NCBI GenBank assembly: GCA_963752155.1
Contig: CAVVXH010000002.1
Location: 1-64,000 of the forward strand
Length of the DNA stretch: 64,000 bases
Reading direction: 5' to 3'
Source of the DNA: an uncultured Parachlamydiaceae bacterium
GTDB lineage: Bacteria > Chlamydiota > Chlamydiia > Chlamydiales > Parachlamydiaceae
In this document: positions 19,401 to 28,708 of the stretch, in pieces
Position numbering within the stretch: position 1 is the stretch's first letter
Layout: each line of letters opens with the position of its first letter
Position numbers and translations under genes: made by a program
Notes under the pieces: generated by a model
Database searches by the model: none
Seen by the model: only the letters and a program-made list of their open reading frames with translations
Told to the model about the DNA's origin: nothing

Positions 19401-22090
19401 GTCAATTGAGAGATTGGTACATCCTCTTGCATGATATCAGCTGCCAACGACCTCTTTGCCGCTTTTAGAGTCATCATCTTCTCTTCGATCGTTTCGACAA
19501 TCACATAACGCTTGGCAATTACAGTATCCTTTCTTCCAATACGGTGTGCACGATCGATGGCCTGATTTTCCACTGCTTCATTCCACCACGGATCAAATAA
19601 GAAGACATAGTCCGCAGCAGTAAGGTTTAGGCCAATTCCTCCAGCTTTCAGGCTGATTAAAAAAATAAGTGTAGTTGAATTATCTTGAAATTCATTCACA
19701 ACCTTTTCTCGATCCTTAGTTTGCCCATCTAAATAAACAAAACTCCATTCACGTGCCCGAATTTCTTTGGCGATCAATTGAAGCATGCTTGTGAACTGAC
19801 TGTAGACTAATACTTTGCGTCCTTCTTCGACCGCCGTTTCTATGTCTTGCAACAGCGCCTCCAGCTTCGCTGAAGGGGCATCACAAAACTCTTCAGATTG
19901 ACCAATGGCTAGCAGCGGGTGGCAACAGATCTGCCGTAAGCGAAGAATGGCCTCTAATACCTCCATACGATGTTTCCCAACCCCATCTAACGCAACTTTC
20001 TTAAAAAGGTTACTTTTAAAACCTGCTAACAAGTCTTCATAGACTTTTCTTTGAGCTGGAGCCATTTCCACCCAGACGATTTGTTCAATTTTTTCTGGAA
20101 GGTCTTTTGCGACTTCATCTTTTTTTCTTCTCAGTGTAAATGGGCGCATCTTTCGACGAATCATTTGCAAATGACGGAAGTCGGCTCCGCCTGATTCTAT
20201 TTGAGCATTGAATTTTTTTTCTGAGCCGAAAAGATCGGGCATGATAAAGCGAAAATGGGCCCAGATCTCTGTTAGATGATTTTCAACAGGCGTGCCGGTC
20301 AAAGATAATCGAAATCCTCCTTTGAGCTTGTGGATGGCTTGCGCTGTAAGTGTGTTTGGGTTTTTAATCATTTGAGCTTCATCTAAAATGATGCACTGGT
20401 ATTCATGACTTTGAAAAAAAGTTAAATCAATTCTCAAAGTGGAATAAGAGGTTAAAATGATCGGCGGAGAAGATAGATCGTTGGGCCATGGAGTCCGTTG
20501 AGCTCCTTGATAGATAACCACAGGAGGTCCTGGCAAAAAGTGTTCAAGCTCACGTTTCCAGTTGAAAATCAATGAAGTTGGCAGAACAATAAGAATCGGT
20601 TTAACGATCTCTAATCTCGACAAAAAGGCCAGCACCTGTACAGTTTTACCAAGGCCCATATCGTCCGCTAAAAGTCCATGGAAGCCATATTCATAGAGAA
20701 ATGCAAGCCAGTTGACTCCTTCTTGCTGGTAGGGACGCAAATCTCCTTTAAACTTTGTCGAAGGAAGGGCTTCTTTAAGTCCTGTAAAAGAGAGCAATTT
20801 TTCTTTAAGATTGGCAAAAGTGTCATCATAGGAAAAGTTAGCCGTTGAATCAAAGATCTCTGAAAGGCTGCCTAGACGGCTTCGATGTAGGCGAATTCCG
20901 TTTTGAATGATTTCTCCTTCTTCTGCCAACCCATTAAGGCCATAGCTATCGAGCCCTTTGGGCAAAAGACCTACTCTGTTTCCACTTAATTGAATAAATC
21001 GATCTCGTCGATTGAAGGCCCCGATTACATCTTTGAGGTCAACATGATGTTCATCATAGGAGATTCTGCCATTCACGATGAAGCTATCACTTTCAGAAGT
21101 TATCTTTATGTCGCTATTTGTAAGGCGGCAAATACGATGACCCTGACAATCATCGATGGACCATCCTATTTCGAGTAAAAATGTCAGAGATTTAGCCACG
21201 CAATCGACAGGACAATAATAATGAGAGGAGCCTGCGATTTTGTGAACAAAGTCGGTTTCTAAAAGGTCCATTTCCCATTGCTTTTCGCTGGAAGGGTCTC
21301 TTCGGATGGTTATTTTGTTTTTTGGATCTTTAATCCAGGGAGAAGGATCGAGGAAAGAGATGATCTTTCGTTCGTTGCTGTTAGCGATTGGATAGCTCAT
21401 GAAAAGATTTGCAAACGCCCCAAGGCGATCTGTTAAAATGAGAAGAGGGAAGGGTTGGCTAATCGTTTCTAAAGATTTTTCAGCATGTTTCTCATAAACA
21501 AATTTTGGTTGATGAGGGCCTTCATCGGCATAATCTTTTTGAATTTGAGGTAATGAAATTTTGCTGGGATCGCGGTAGAGTTGTTTTAAATCTTTCCAGG
21601 CAATTTCGGTGATAATTTGTTTTAAGGATACGCCCTTGATGTAATAATGATAAGCTCCTGTACATAAAAAATCGCAATCTTTTAGATCGAATTCTTGATC
21701 ACCGCTTTTGAGTTTGCCAGAAATTTTGGGTGTATTTGCTTCGCTAGCTTCAATCAAGTAATGAAATTCAGTTTTATCAAAAAAATCGCAAACCAATGGT
21801 TTATTTTTAAAATAAAATGCATGGGTAGCGGCAAGCAATTCTAGCACGCGTGTCGTGGAAAGAAAGTGGATGTGGAATTTTGTGAGAGAAGTATTACCCC
21901 CGATCGATTGACTGCCTCGAATTTTACTCCGATAGCTACATTCTTGTTGGTGAAGCAGAAGTAAAAGCTCTTTGTGAAGAGGGGCCTGACGGATGACGTC
22001 ATATGTAATTGAAGGAGAAACTGCAATGACAAGAGTGCCGGTTAGATCGGATTCTTCTTGATCTATGCTGAAGCGGAAGTCTAAATACAT
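19370..22090 (-). CDS. SNF2-family helicase
   Basis: LADDMGLGKT, DEAQ, TGTPVEN, SLKAGGIGLNL, QAIDRAHRIG. Confidence 0.96.
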   Translation of the reverse strand: MYLDFRFSIDQEESDLTGTLVIAVSPSITYDVIRQAPLHKELLLLLHQQECSYRSKIRGSQSIGGNTSLTKFHIHFLSTTRVLELLAATHAFYFKNKPLVCDFFDKTEFHYLIEASEANTPKISGKLKSGDQEFDLKDCDFLCTGAYHYYIKGVSLKQIITEIAWKDLKQLYRDPSKISLPQIQKDYADEGPHQPKFVYEKHAEKSLETISQPFPLLILTDRLGAFANLFMSYPIANSNERKIISFLDPSPWIKDPKNKITIRRDPSSEKQWEMDLLETDFVHKIAGSSHYYCPVDCVAKSLTFLLEIGWSIDDCQGHRICRLTNSDIKITSESDSFIVNGRISYDEHHVDLKDVIGAFNRRDRFIQLSGNRVGLLPKGLDSYGLNGLAEEGEIIQNGIRLHRSRLGSLSEIFDSTANFSYDDTFANLKEKLLSFTGLKEALPSTKFKGDLRPYQQEGVNWLAFLYEYGFHGLLADDMGLGKTVQVLAFLSRLEIVKPILIVLPTSLIFNWKRELEHFLPGPPVVIYQGAQRTPWPNDLSSPPIILTSYSTLRIDLTFFQSHEYQCIILDEAQMIKNPNTLTAQAIHKLKGGFRLSLTGTPVENHLTEIWAHFRFIMPDLFGSEKKFNAQIESGGADFRHLQMIRRKMRPFTLRRKKDEVAKDLPEKIEQIVWVEMAPAQRKVYEDLLAGFKSNLFKKVALDGVGKHRMEVLEAILRLRQICCHPLLAIGQSEEFCDAPSAKLEALLQDIETAVEEGRKVLVYSQFTSMLQLIAKEIRAREWSFVYLDGQTKDREKVVNEFQDNSTTLIFLISLKAGGIGLNLTAADYVFLFDPWWNEAVENQAIDRAHRIGRKDTVIAKRYVIVETIEEKMMTLKAAKRSLAADIMQEDVPISQLTLDDLHYLLE

Positions 22091-22145
22091 TGTAAAAGAA
22101 CAGTAAAATTGATATTTTAAGACTTTATTATAAATTATATGAAGA

Positions 22146-23501
22146 ATGATGTCAATTAAAATGACTCTATATACTTATGCAGAAGCTATCTTAAAGCTTT
22201 CGTCTATCGGTGAAGAGCATCTTCTTCAACACTGGAATGCGTTAACTGAGAGCGAGCAAACACTTCTTTTAAATGAAATCCAGGCACTTGTTGTGGCTAA
22301 ATTTAAAAGACAACAACGAGCTCTGCAACAGCATTTGAAAGTACAAGAGCAACGGATAGCAAAATCATGGGAACCTTTTTGTGACTACTATTACGTAGGC
22401 TCACAGGAACGTCAAGAGTTAGGGACGCAACTTTTGGCGCAAGGTAAAGTGGGTTGCCTGCTTGTGGCCGGAGGACAAGGGACGCGCCTTTCTTATGATG
22501 CTCCCAAAGGAACCTATCCTGTAAGTGTGATCAAGAAAAAAAGCCTCTTCCAAATTTTTGCAGAAAAGACTCTCGCAGCCAGTAGACAAGCCAACTGTCG
22601 ATTGCCCTTGGCGATTATGACTTCGCCGCTTAATCATGCTGCAACATTAGGCTACTTTAAAGAAAATAATAACTTTGGTTTAGATGAAAAACAATTGTGT
22701 TTCTTTATGCAGGGAGAATTGCCCTTTCTGGACCCTCGGGGGCATTTGCTTATTCAGGATAGATGTTCGATCGCGAAGGGGCCTGATGGCAACGGTGGGT
22801 CTCTCAATCATTTTGTACAGAGCGGTATTTGGGATACTTGGCGGGATCAAGGCATTGAATACATTAACTATGTTCTTATTGACAATCCATTAGCGGATCC
22901 GTTTGATGCTGAACTCGTTGGATTTCATGCGACAGAGGGATGTGAAATAACTGTCAAATGTGTGGATAGAAATTCACCTGAAGAACGCGTTGGATTGCTT
23001 GTACAGGGCGATTCGAGGGTTAGCATCGTCGAATATTTCGAAATAAGTGAGAGTGAACGCAAAGCAGTTCTTCCGGATGGAAGCTTTAAGCATCGTTGTG
23101 CGAACATTAGTTTATTTTGTTTTTCGATGGATTTCACGAAGAAAAGTGTGAAAAACATTTCTTTGCCTTGGCATTTGACTTCCAAGCCTATTTGCCTGAA
23201 TGGGCCCGTGGCTTGGAAATTTGAAACATTTATTTTTGATTATCTTGCAGCTGCCAATGTGGTAAAAGCATTGCTTTATCCTCGTGAACAAACTTTTGCT
23301 CCTTTAAAGGGAACCGATAGTCTCGAAACTGTTCAAGAGAGACTGAACAAATATGATATTGCCACGTTGGAAAAGAGATGTGGTCATAGAATTCCTTTTT
23401 GCCCGCTTGAATTAGAGCAACAGTTTCATTATCCTACGCCAGAGCTTCTGGAAAAATGGAAAGGGTGTATGGGCCCCTTTGGTGGGTATATACAATATTA
23501 G
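22146..23501 (+). CDS. UDPGP/UAP-type UDP-GlcNAc (or UDP-glucose) pyrophosphorylase
   Basis: AGGQGTRL..PKG, PDGNGG, DNPL, KFETFIFD. Confidence 0.9.
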   Translation: MMSIKMTLYTYAEAILKLSSIGEEHLLQHWNALTESEQTLLLNEIQALVVAKFKRQQRALQQHLKVQEQRIAKSWEPFCDYYYVGSQERQELGTQLLAQGKVGCLLVAGGQGTRLSYDAPKGTYPVSVIKKKSLFQIFAEKTLAASRQANCRLPLAIMTSPLNHAATLGYFKENNNFGLDEKQLCFFMQGELPFLDPRGHLLIQDRCSIAKGPDGNGGSLNHFVQSGIWDTWRDQGIEYINYVLIDNPLADPFDAELVGFHATEGCEITVKCVDRNSPEERVGLLVQGDSRVSIVEYFEISESERKAVLPDGSFKHRCANISLFCFSMDFTKKSVKNISLPWHLTSKPICLNGPVAWKFETFIFDYLAAANVVKALLYPREQTFAPLKGTDSLETVQERLNKYDIATLEKRCGHRIPFCPLELEQQFHYPTPELLEKWKGCMGPFGGYIQY

Positions 23502-23537
23502 AACTGTGAATCACAGTTTTTTAGATGGAGAAAGAGT

Positions 23538-23727
23538 TATGCGTCAGCAAATCATCGACAAATGGAGTTTTGTTTTTATGTTTGTTTGTTGGATATTTTC
23601 GTGGTTTGTCTTCTATGGTTATAGTGGAGAGTTTAATTTTAGTTTATGGGCAGCAATTATCTCAGCCTTTATGGGTTGGATGGCGTATGTCTTTGTGAGG
23701 TTGTTAGTGTTGACCCTACGGAAATGA
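23538..23727 (+). CDS. Small two-TM membrane protein
   Basis: GGAG upstream of ATG 23538; two hydrophobic segments. Confidence 0.55.
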
Positions 23728-23728
23728 T

Positions 23729-25144
23729 TCAATAACGCAAGGTCATGTCAACGCCACAGAGTACCATGCCTTTCTTTTTTCCATTGTCAAAGGCGCGATG
23801 ATTCCAGTTTCTATAATATCCAATTTCTGGTCGCATTTGTACATTAGAATTGAAATTATAGCTTAAACCAACCGTATTGCTGGTATAGGTTCCAGCAAAA
23901 CCGGATCTTTCACCCGCGGCGTCTCTCCAAACCTCATTCCTAACAGTCACGAACTCTTTATCACTCAATCTGAACAGTGTGTAATTTAGAATTCCATAGG
24001 CCCATGAGACCCCTGAAATGTTTGCTCCAATACCACCACCACCTCCGAAAGGACGTACAGGTCCAGCGCTGGGTGTTCCACCTACGACGGCATCACGTTG
24101 CCACATGAAATAACTCTCGGTTTTGGTATGAATGTCTTCATTAATGACATGTTGCCATGTCCCCACAAGGTAGTTGAAGTTATCATGGCCTAGAGGTTGT
24201 CCGTACATCTGAAATCGACGAAATTTAGCGCTATTGATGGAATTTAGCACGAGATAAACGGAATCCTTGTTGTCATGTGAGACCCATCGTATTCCAAACA
24301 TCCCAGTAGGAACTGCTCCTTTATACCATGGAGCCATATCTGTGCCGGCATGAAGACAGGCTTGTACAGTCCAGTACTGATTAAGCATAAATGTGAACAT
24401 GATACCCGTTTGAGTATAGGTGTCAAAAGTGAATAGTAGAGAATGGGATCCCATGTAGTTATCTGGAGCAAACTGTGTTTCAATATCGGGACATGCGATC
24501 CATCGGCCAATACGCACAATCATTCCTTGTGCCACTTTTGGAGTATAAATATCGATATATTGTTCTGTGAAATCGTATCCGTATAGAGAATTATGCTTGA
24601 GTAATTGGAAGCTGGACCATCCTCCTGCAGTCATATACCGATAATCTGTGCCATATAAAAAGGAGGAACGGAAACCGATGTCCATATGGTCGGTTTGTAC
24701 GGAGTCTAGAACTCTTTCCACTCGAAAGAGAAATTGATTGAATTCTACTCTATTGGGGACGAGCCAATAGGACGAGGGCATATTTGAATCTCGGCAGTTG
24801 CTTACATTGATTGAGCCATTGAACCAGCCATAGATATTAATACCACTTTCTTTTAAAGCTTCACCCCAAGATGTTTTGGAAAGGGCTTTCATAAGGGGAT
24901 ATTCATCATCGCTTGAGGGAACGCCGATCAAAGGATAGCCTTGAAATTCACCAGTAGGAAAGGGAGGTGATGGAAATGGAGGAGGTAAAGCACGTCTTAT
25001 TTTTTCGTCTTCCTTACATTCCTCTTTATCATTGGCTTTTTCTTCTGTAGAAGAATCGTTGGATGTGTTAGCTTTAAATTCTGTTTCTTGTGTATATCCA
25101 AAGCTTGATAGGATGATGCAAGCGATGATGGCGTAATTTTTCAT
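23729..25144 (-). CDS. Outer-membrane beta-barrel (putative porin)
   Basis: Signal peptide, amphipathic beta-strand pattern, terminal aromatic residue. Confidence 0.75.
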   Translation of the reverse strand: MKNYAIIACIILSSFGYTQETEFKANTSNDSSTEEKANDKEECKEDEKIRRALPPPFPSPPFPTGEFQGYPLIGVPSSDDEYPLMKALSKTSWGEALKESGINIYGWFNGSINVSNCRDSNMPSSYWLVPNRVEFNQFLFRVERVLDSVQTDHMDIGFRSSFLYGTDYRYMTAGGWSSFQLLKHNSLYGYDFTEQYIDIYTPKVAQGMIVRIGRWIACPDIETQFAPDNYMGSHSLLFTFDTYTQTGIMFTFMLNQYWTVQACLHAGTDMAPWYKGAVPTGMFGIRWVSHDNKDSVYLVLNSINSAKFRRFQMYGQPLGHDNFNYLVGTWQHVINEDIHTKTESYFMWQRDAVVGGTPSAGPVRPFGGGGGIGANISGVSWAYGILNYTLFRLSDKEFVTVRNEVWRDAAGERSGFAGTYTSNTVGLSYNFNSNVQMRPEIGYYRNWNHRAFDNGKKKGMVLCGVDMTLRY

Positions 25145-25361
25145 TTTAGATGACCCCTGGTTGGTTTTGAGATCTATAGATCCTTTCACATAAAAGGATC
25201 AATAGTGGAAAATAGGTTTTTTTGCAAGAAAAAAAATAAAGACTGTTGTGTTTTTGCTGTTACAACAAAATTTAAATTGACAAACAATTAGTTTAATTTA
25301 TAGTTAGAAATTAGGGAAGCTATTTTTTTACAATAAAAATTTACAAAATTTTGGAGGAAAT

Positions 25362-26942
25362 ATGAGATATTTTCCGTTAGTGGTCATCTCGTCTATTTTT
25401 TTATCTGCAACGACGACTGATATAAGCAATATCCAAGAAAAGCAGTTAACAAAGCATATCAAAGTTCAATACCAAGGGATAGAACAAAAAGGAGATGACT
25501 CCAAATTTGAAATCATTCTCAAGGATCCTTATTTTTTCTGGACAGATAGTTCCCCTGAGTCTTCTGGAGACACTGAAGAGGATGAATCTACTGTGGCCGT
25601 CAAAGTTGGGGTAGAGGTTCCAGGAAATAGAGCTAACGTTGAATCTGGTGGTTTAATCCAGCATACAGGAACAGTCAAAATTTGGGTAGATATTCCAAGA
25701 AATACTGCAAAAGTTGAATCTGTTGGGGTAACTCGTATCGTTTTAGGGAATTCAAAAAAACCTCTTGAAATGTTTATCGATGGAAAAATAACTAAAACTG
25801 CGGAAGGAGATTTTTCAAAGATAAAGGAAGTTTTTGCAAAAATTAGGGCAGGAAATATTACGGGCGACGAAGTTTTAACTATCTTAAAAAATGTGAACAA
25901 AGCTTCGTTAGAAGGAAATAATGTCAAAATATCAATTCCGGATATTCCTAAAAATATGGTGATTGAATCGGGCAAGATCAATTATGAACACACTTCTGGG
26001 GCTACTCCAGAGCAATTCACAATTTATATGAAATCTACCGCAGATAACAAGAAACATCATTTTCTCGATACCGACAAACGCGATAATACTGTGTCGGGGA
26101 CACTATCATTGGCTCCCTGGAGTAAATTTGTGGATTTTGCACGCAAACCAGATTGGATGAATATGCCAGAAAGCAAAGCTTCATGGGATCTCACTTCCAA
26201 ATCTGAACTAGATACGTCGACATCAAAAGCTCTGTTCTCAAGCATTCAAGGTGAAAACCCTTCTTTTTCATTTGATTTAAATAATAAAACAGATTTCGTT
26301 ACAGATTGGGCACAGCAATTAATTGCTTCTGCAAAGAGAAATCCTCCTAAAGAAGAGATCAACGATAGAGATTCTCAAGTCCAGCTTTCGATTTATCAAT
26401 GGCTAACTTCGCCAAAAACACTTCCACTTTTATCACGTATTCCTTTGCAATCTACCTTAAATCTCAATGGTCTTTTCCAATATTCTGCTGTTCCTTCTTT
26501 AAATTTATCCCTACTAGGAAAGAAACAATCTGGGATTAAACTGTCGTTTAATGGAATTGAGGGGCGAAACAAGATGGATAGTGGAGAGTTACAATTGACT
26601 TTGGTTGGTGGACGTCCTCTTTATAATCGTCTTGTCACTCTTTATAATTCATTTGTTGAGAGTGTTGCCCCTTTCCTTTCAAAGAACGATGAGAGTATAA
26701 AGCCATTGACACCAGAATTGAAAGACAAGCTTTACCAACTTCTTCTTGCTTATACTGCGGATCCAAAGATTCAAGATAAAGAGCTTAAATTTAATATAAA
26801 ATATGCTCCTGATAATAAGGTGACTATCGGAAACAGGACTTTAATACAGTTTTTTGCGGATATTACTTCAGTATTTCAAATACCAATAGATGATACTATC
26901 CAAGATGAACTGATTGAGGATGAAGTCATGGATGTGAGGTAA
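25362..26942 (+). CDS. Hypothetical exported protein
   Basis: 526-aa ORF, GGAGG RBS, signal peptide. Confidence 0.8.
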   Translation: MRYFPLVVISSIFLSATTTDISNIQEKQLTKHIKVQYQGIEQKGDDSKFEIILKDPYFFWTDSSPESSGDTEEDESTVAVKVGVEVPGNRANVESGGLIQHTGTVKIWVDIPRNTAKVESVGVTRIVLGNSKKPLEMFIDGKITKTAEGDFSKIKEVFAKIRAGNITGDEVLTILKNVNKASLEGNNVKISIPDIPKNMVIESGKINYEHTSGATPEQFTIYMKSTADNKKHHFLDTDKRDNTVSGTLSLAPWSKFVDFARKPDWMNMPESKASWDLTSKSELDTSTSKALFSSIQGENPSFSFDLNNKTDFVTDWAQQLIASAKRNPPKEEINDRDSQVQLSIYQWLTSPKTLPLLSRIPLQSTLNLNGLFQYSAVPSLNLSLLGKKQSGIKLSFNGIEGRNKMDSGELQLTLVGGRPLYNRLVTLYNSFVESVAPFLSKNDESIKPLTPELKDKLYQLLLAYTADPKIQDKELKFNIKYAPDNKVTIGNRTLIQFFADITSVFQIPIDDTIQDELIEDEVMDVR

Positions 26943-26952
26943 GAGGCTGTTA

Positions 26953-26981
26953 GGATTGCAGCAAGTCTTTTGCTGCAATCC
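26953..26981. terminator. Probable bidirectional terminator
   Basis: 12-bp stem ggattgcagcaa/ttgctgcaatcc between convergent genes. Confidence 0.65.
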
Positions 26982-26989
26982 GTCTAGAG

Positions 26990-27436
26990 TTAGTTAGGTG
27001 AATTAGGGCGCGGAGCATTTCCTAGTTGAGGTAAAATGGCATCTGCAGGAAATTCCCCTTTTAAGATCATAGAAATTAATTTTGAGTCGGACCAAATTTC
27101 TTTGGCGCGTCTTCTCAGTTCTTTTTTTTCAGGTGTATCTTTATTATCTATTAGTATTGGCTTACGAATAAATAATGGTTCATTGTATTTATTAATATAA
27201 GCAAAACACTCATTGATTGTGGCTTGCAGCTTAAACGCCGTTGCAATGTTTGCTTTATCAAGGTGTTCACATTGATAAAGTGCGCCTATTGTAGAGGCAA
27301 TTTTTCCACAATAATTGTTTAATTCTTGATAGTTTCCTCTAATATCTAATCCTAAATCTTTTTGATCAGATATAGACATAATAAGTGCTTGCATAATAGC
27401 AAAATCATCTGAGTTCATAAATTGGTTAACGTTCAT
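26990..27436 (-). CDS. Hypothetical protein
   Basis: 148-aa ATG ORF with AGGT upstream. Confidence 0.65.
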   Translation of the reverse strand: MNVNQFMNSDDFAIMQALIMSISDQKDLGLDIRGNYQELNNYCGKIASTIGALYQCEHLDKANIATAFKLQATINECFAYINKYNEPLFIRKPILIDNKDTPEKKELRRRAKEIWSDSKLISMILKGEFPADAILPQLGNAPRPNSPN

Positions 27437-27675
27437 TTTTAAACCTATAAATAAATTAGTTATTATTTTTTGAAATTTTTCATTTATGAAAAAATCACAT
27501 TTTTGTAGATGAACAATCTCATCTATTATTGATTATATAGAATTAAGAATGATTGTTGCAACATCTAAATGAGTAAATTGTCAGATTTTTTATTCTTTTA
27601 CTGTTGTGAAATTATTTATATAGTTATATACTAAAAGTAAAGGGGTGTTACCAGTTATCAATAAGGCGGTGTTTT

Positions 27676-27945
27676 ATGAAATTAAAAATTATTTTATTAT
27701 TAATATTGTCAGTTGGAATAAATGCTTCTTCAATTTATGCAACTACACAGACCCCATCAAAGAATAGTATGTCTACTTTAACAGATCAACGGTTTAAGAA
27801 TAATATTCAGAATCAACAAAGTGCTGGCGGGTCTTCTCTTTATCAAGGAAGAGATAATTCGAGTTCTTTATACCAAGGTGGAAGTGGATCAGCACTGACC
27901 GCAAAGCCTACAGCTAAATCTGCTAAATCATCGGGTACTCATTAG
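27676..27945 (+). CDS. Small exported low-complexity protein
   Basis: Signal peptide; repeated SSLYQG. Confidence 0.65.
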   Translation: MKLKIILLLILSVGINASSIYATTQTPSKNSMSTLTDQRFKNNIQNQQSAGGSSLYQGRDNSSSLYQGGSGSALTAKPTAKSAKSSGTH

Positions 27946-27955
27946 TAGGATAGCG

Positions 27956-28637
27956 CAAGGACAAGGATAAGGACAACAACAATAAGTTATCGCTTGTGTC
28001 TTTGTTGTCGTTGTCGTCCTCACGATACAACGATAAGAATGATAAGAACGATAGGAACGATAAGAACGATAAGAATGATAAGAACGATAGGAACGATAGG
28101 AACGATAAGAACGATAGGAACGATAAGAACGATAGGAACGATAAGAACGATAGGAACGATAAGAACGATAGGAACGATAGGAACGATAGGAACGATAAGA
28201 ACGATAGGAACGATAGGAACGATAAGAACGATAGGAACGATAAGAACGATAGGAACGATAAGAACGATAAGAACGATAGGAACGATAAAAACGATAAGAA
28301 GATACAACGATACAGACAGATTTCTAGACGAGTCGAAAAGTCAATCTTTCTTCATATAAAATGATGTTCACCACCTTCTTTCAATTATAATTTTTACCTT
28401 TTTATCATTTTTATCGTTCCTATCATTCCTATCATTCCTATCGTTCCTATCGTTCCTATCGTTTTTATCGTTCTTATCGTTCTTATCGTTCTTATCGTTT
28501 TTATTGTTGTATCATTCTTATCATTCTTATCGTTGTATCGTGAGGACGACAAGGACAACAAGGACACAAGCGATAACAGTTCTTTATGCCTTCAGTGTTT
28601 TTTAGTCTTGTTGTCGTTGTCGTCCTTGTCGTCCTTG
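27956..28637. repeat. Large nested palindrome D with inverted 9-bp tandem arrays
   Basis: 30x aa(c/t)gata(a/g)(g/a) at 28029-28298 and about 15 inverse units at 28401-28534; inverted arms 27986-28028/28535-28577; outer gacaag-type repeats. Confidence 0.95.
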
Positions 28638-28708
28638 TTTTGGTTGCAAATCAATCTTCTTATTGGTACAACTTGTATTAAGGGACTGTGTATTCGAACA
28701 ACGAGTAA

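Noticed and set aside
28029..28298. CRISPR array
   Set aside because: Contiguous 9-bp units, no unique spacers, no cas genes.
27994..28364. ORFs encoding NDK/NDR, TIR/TIG or IVL repeats
   Set aside because: Several frames are open only because the 9-bp unit lacks stops; no ATG/RBS support, and the array is mirrored in an inverted arm.
28679..28690. taagggactgtg as another element B end
   Set aside because: Only 9 bp plus TAA match and no partner end; too short to support.
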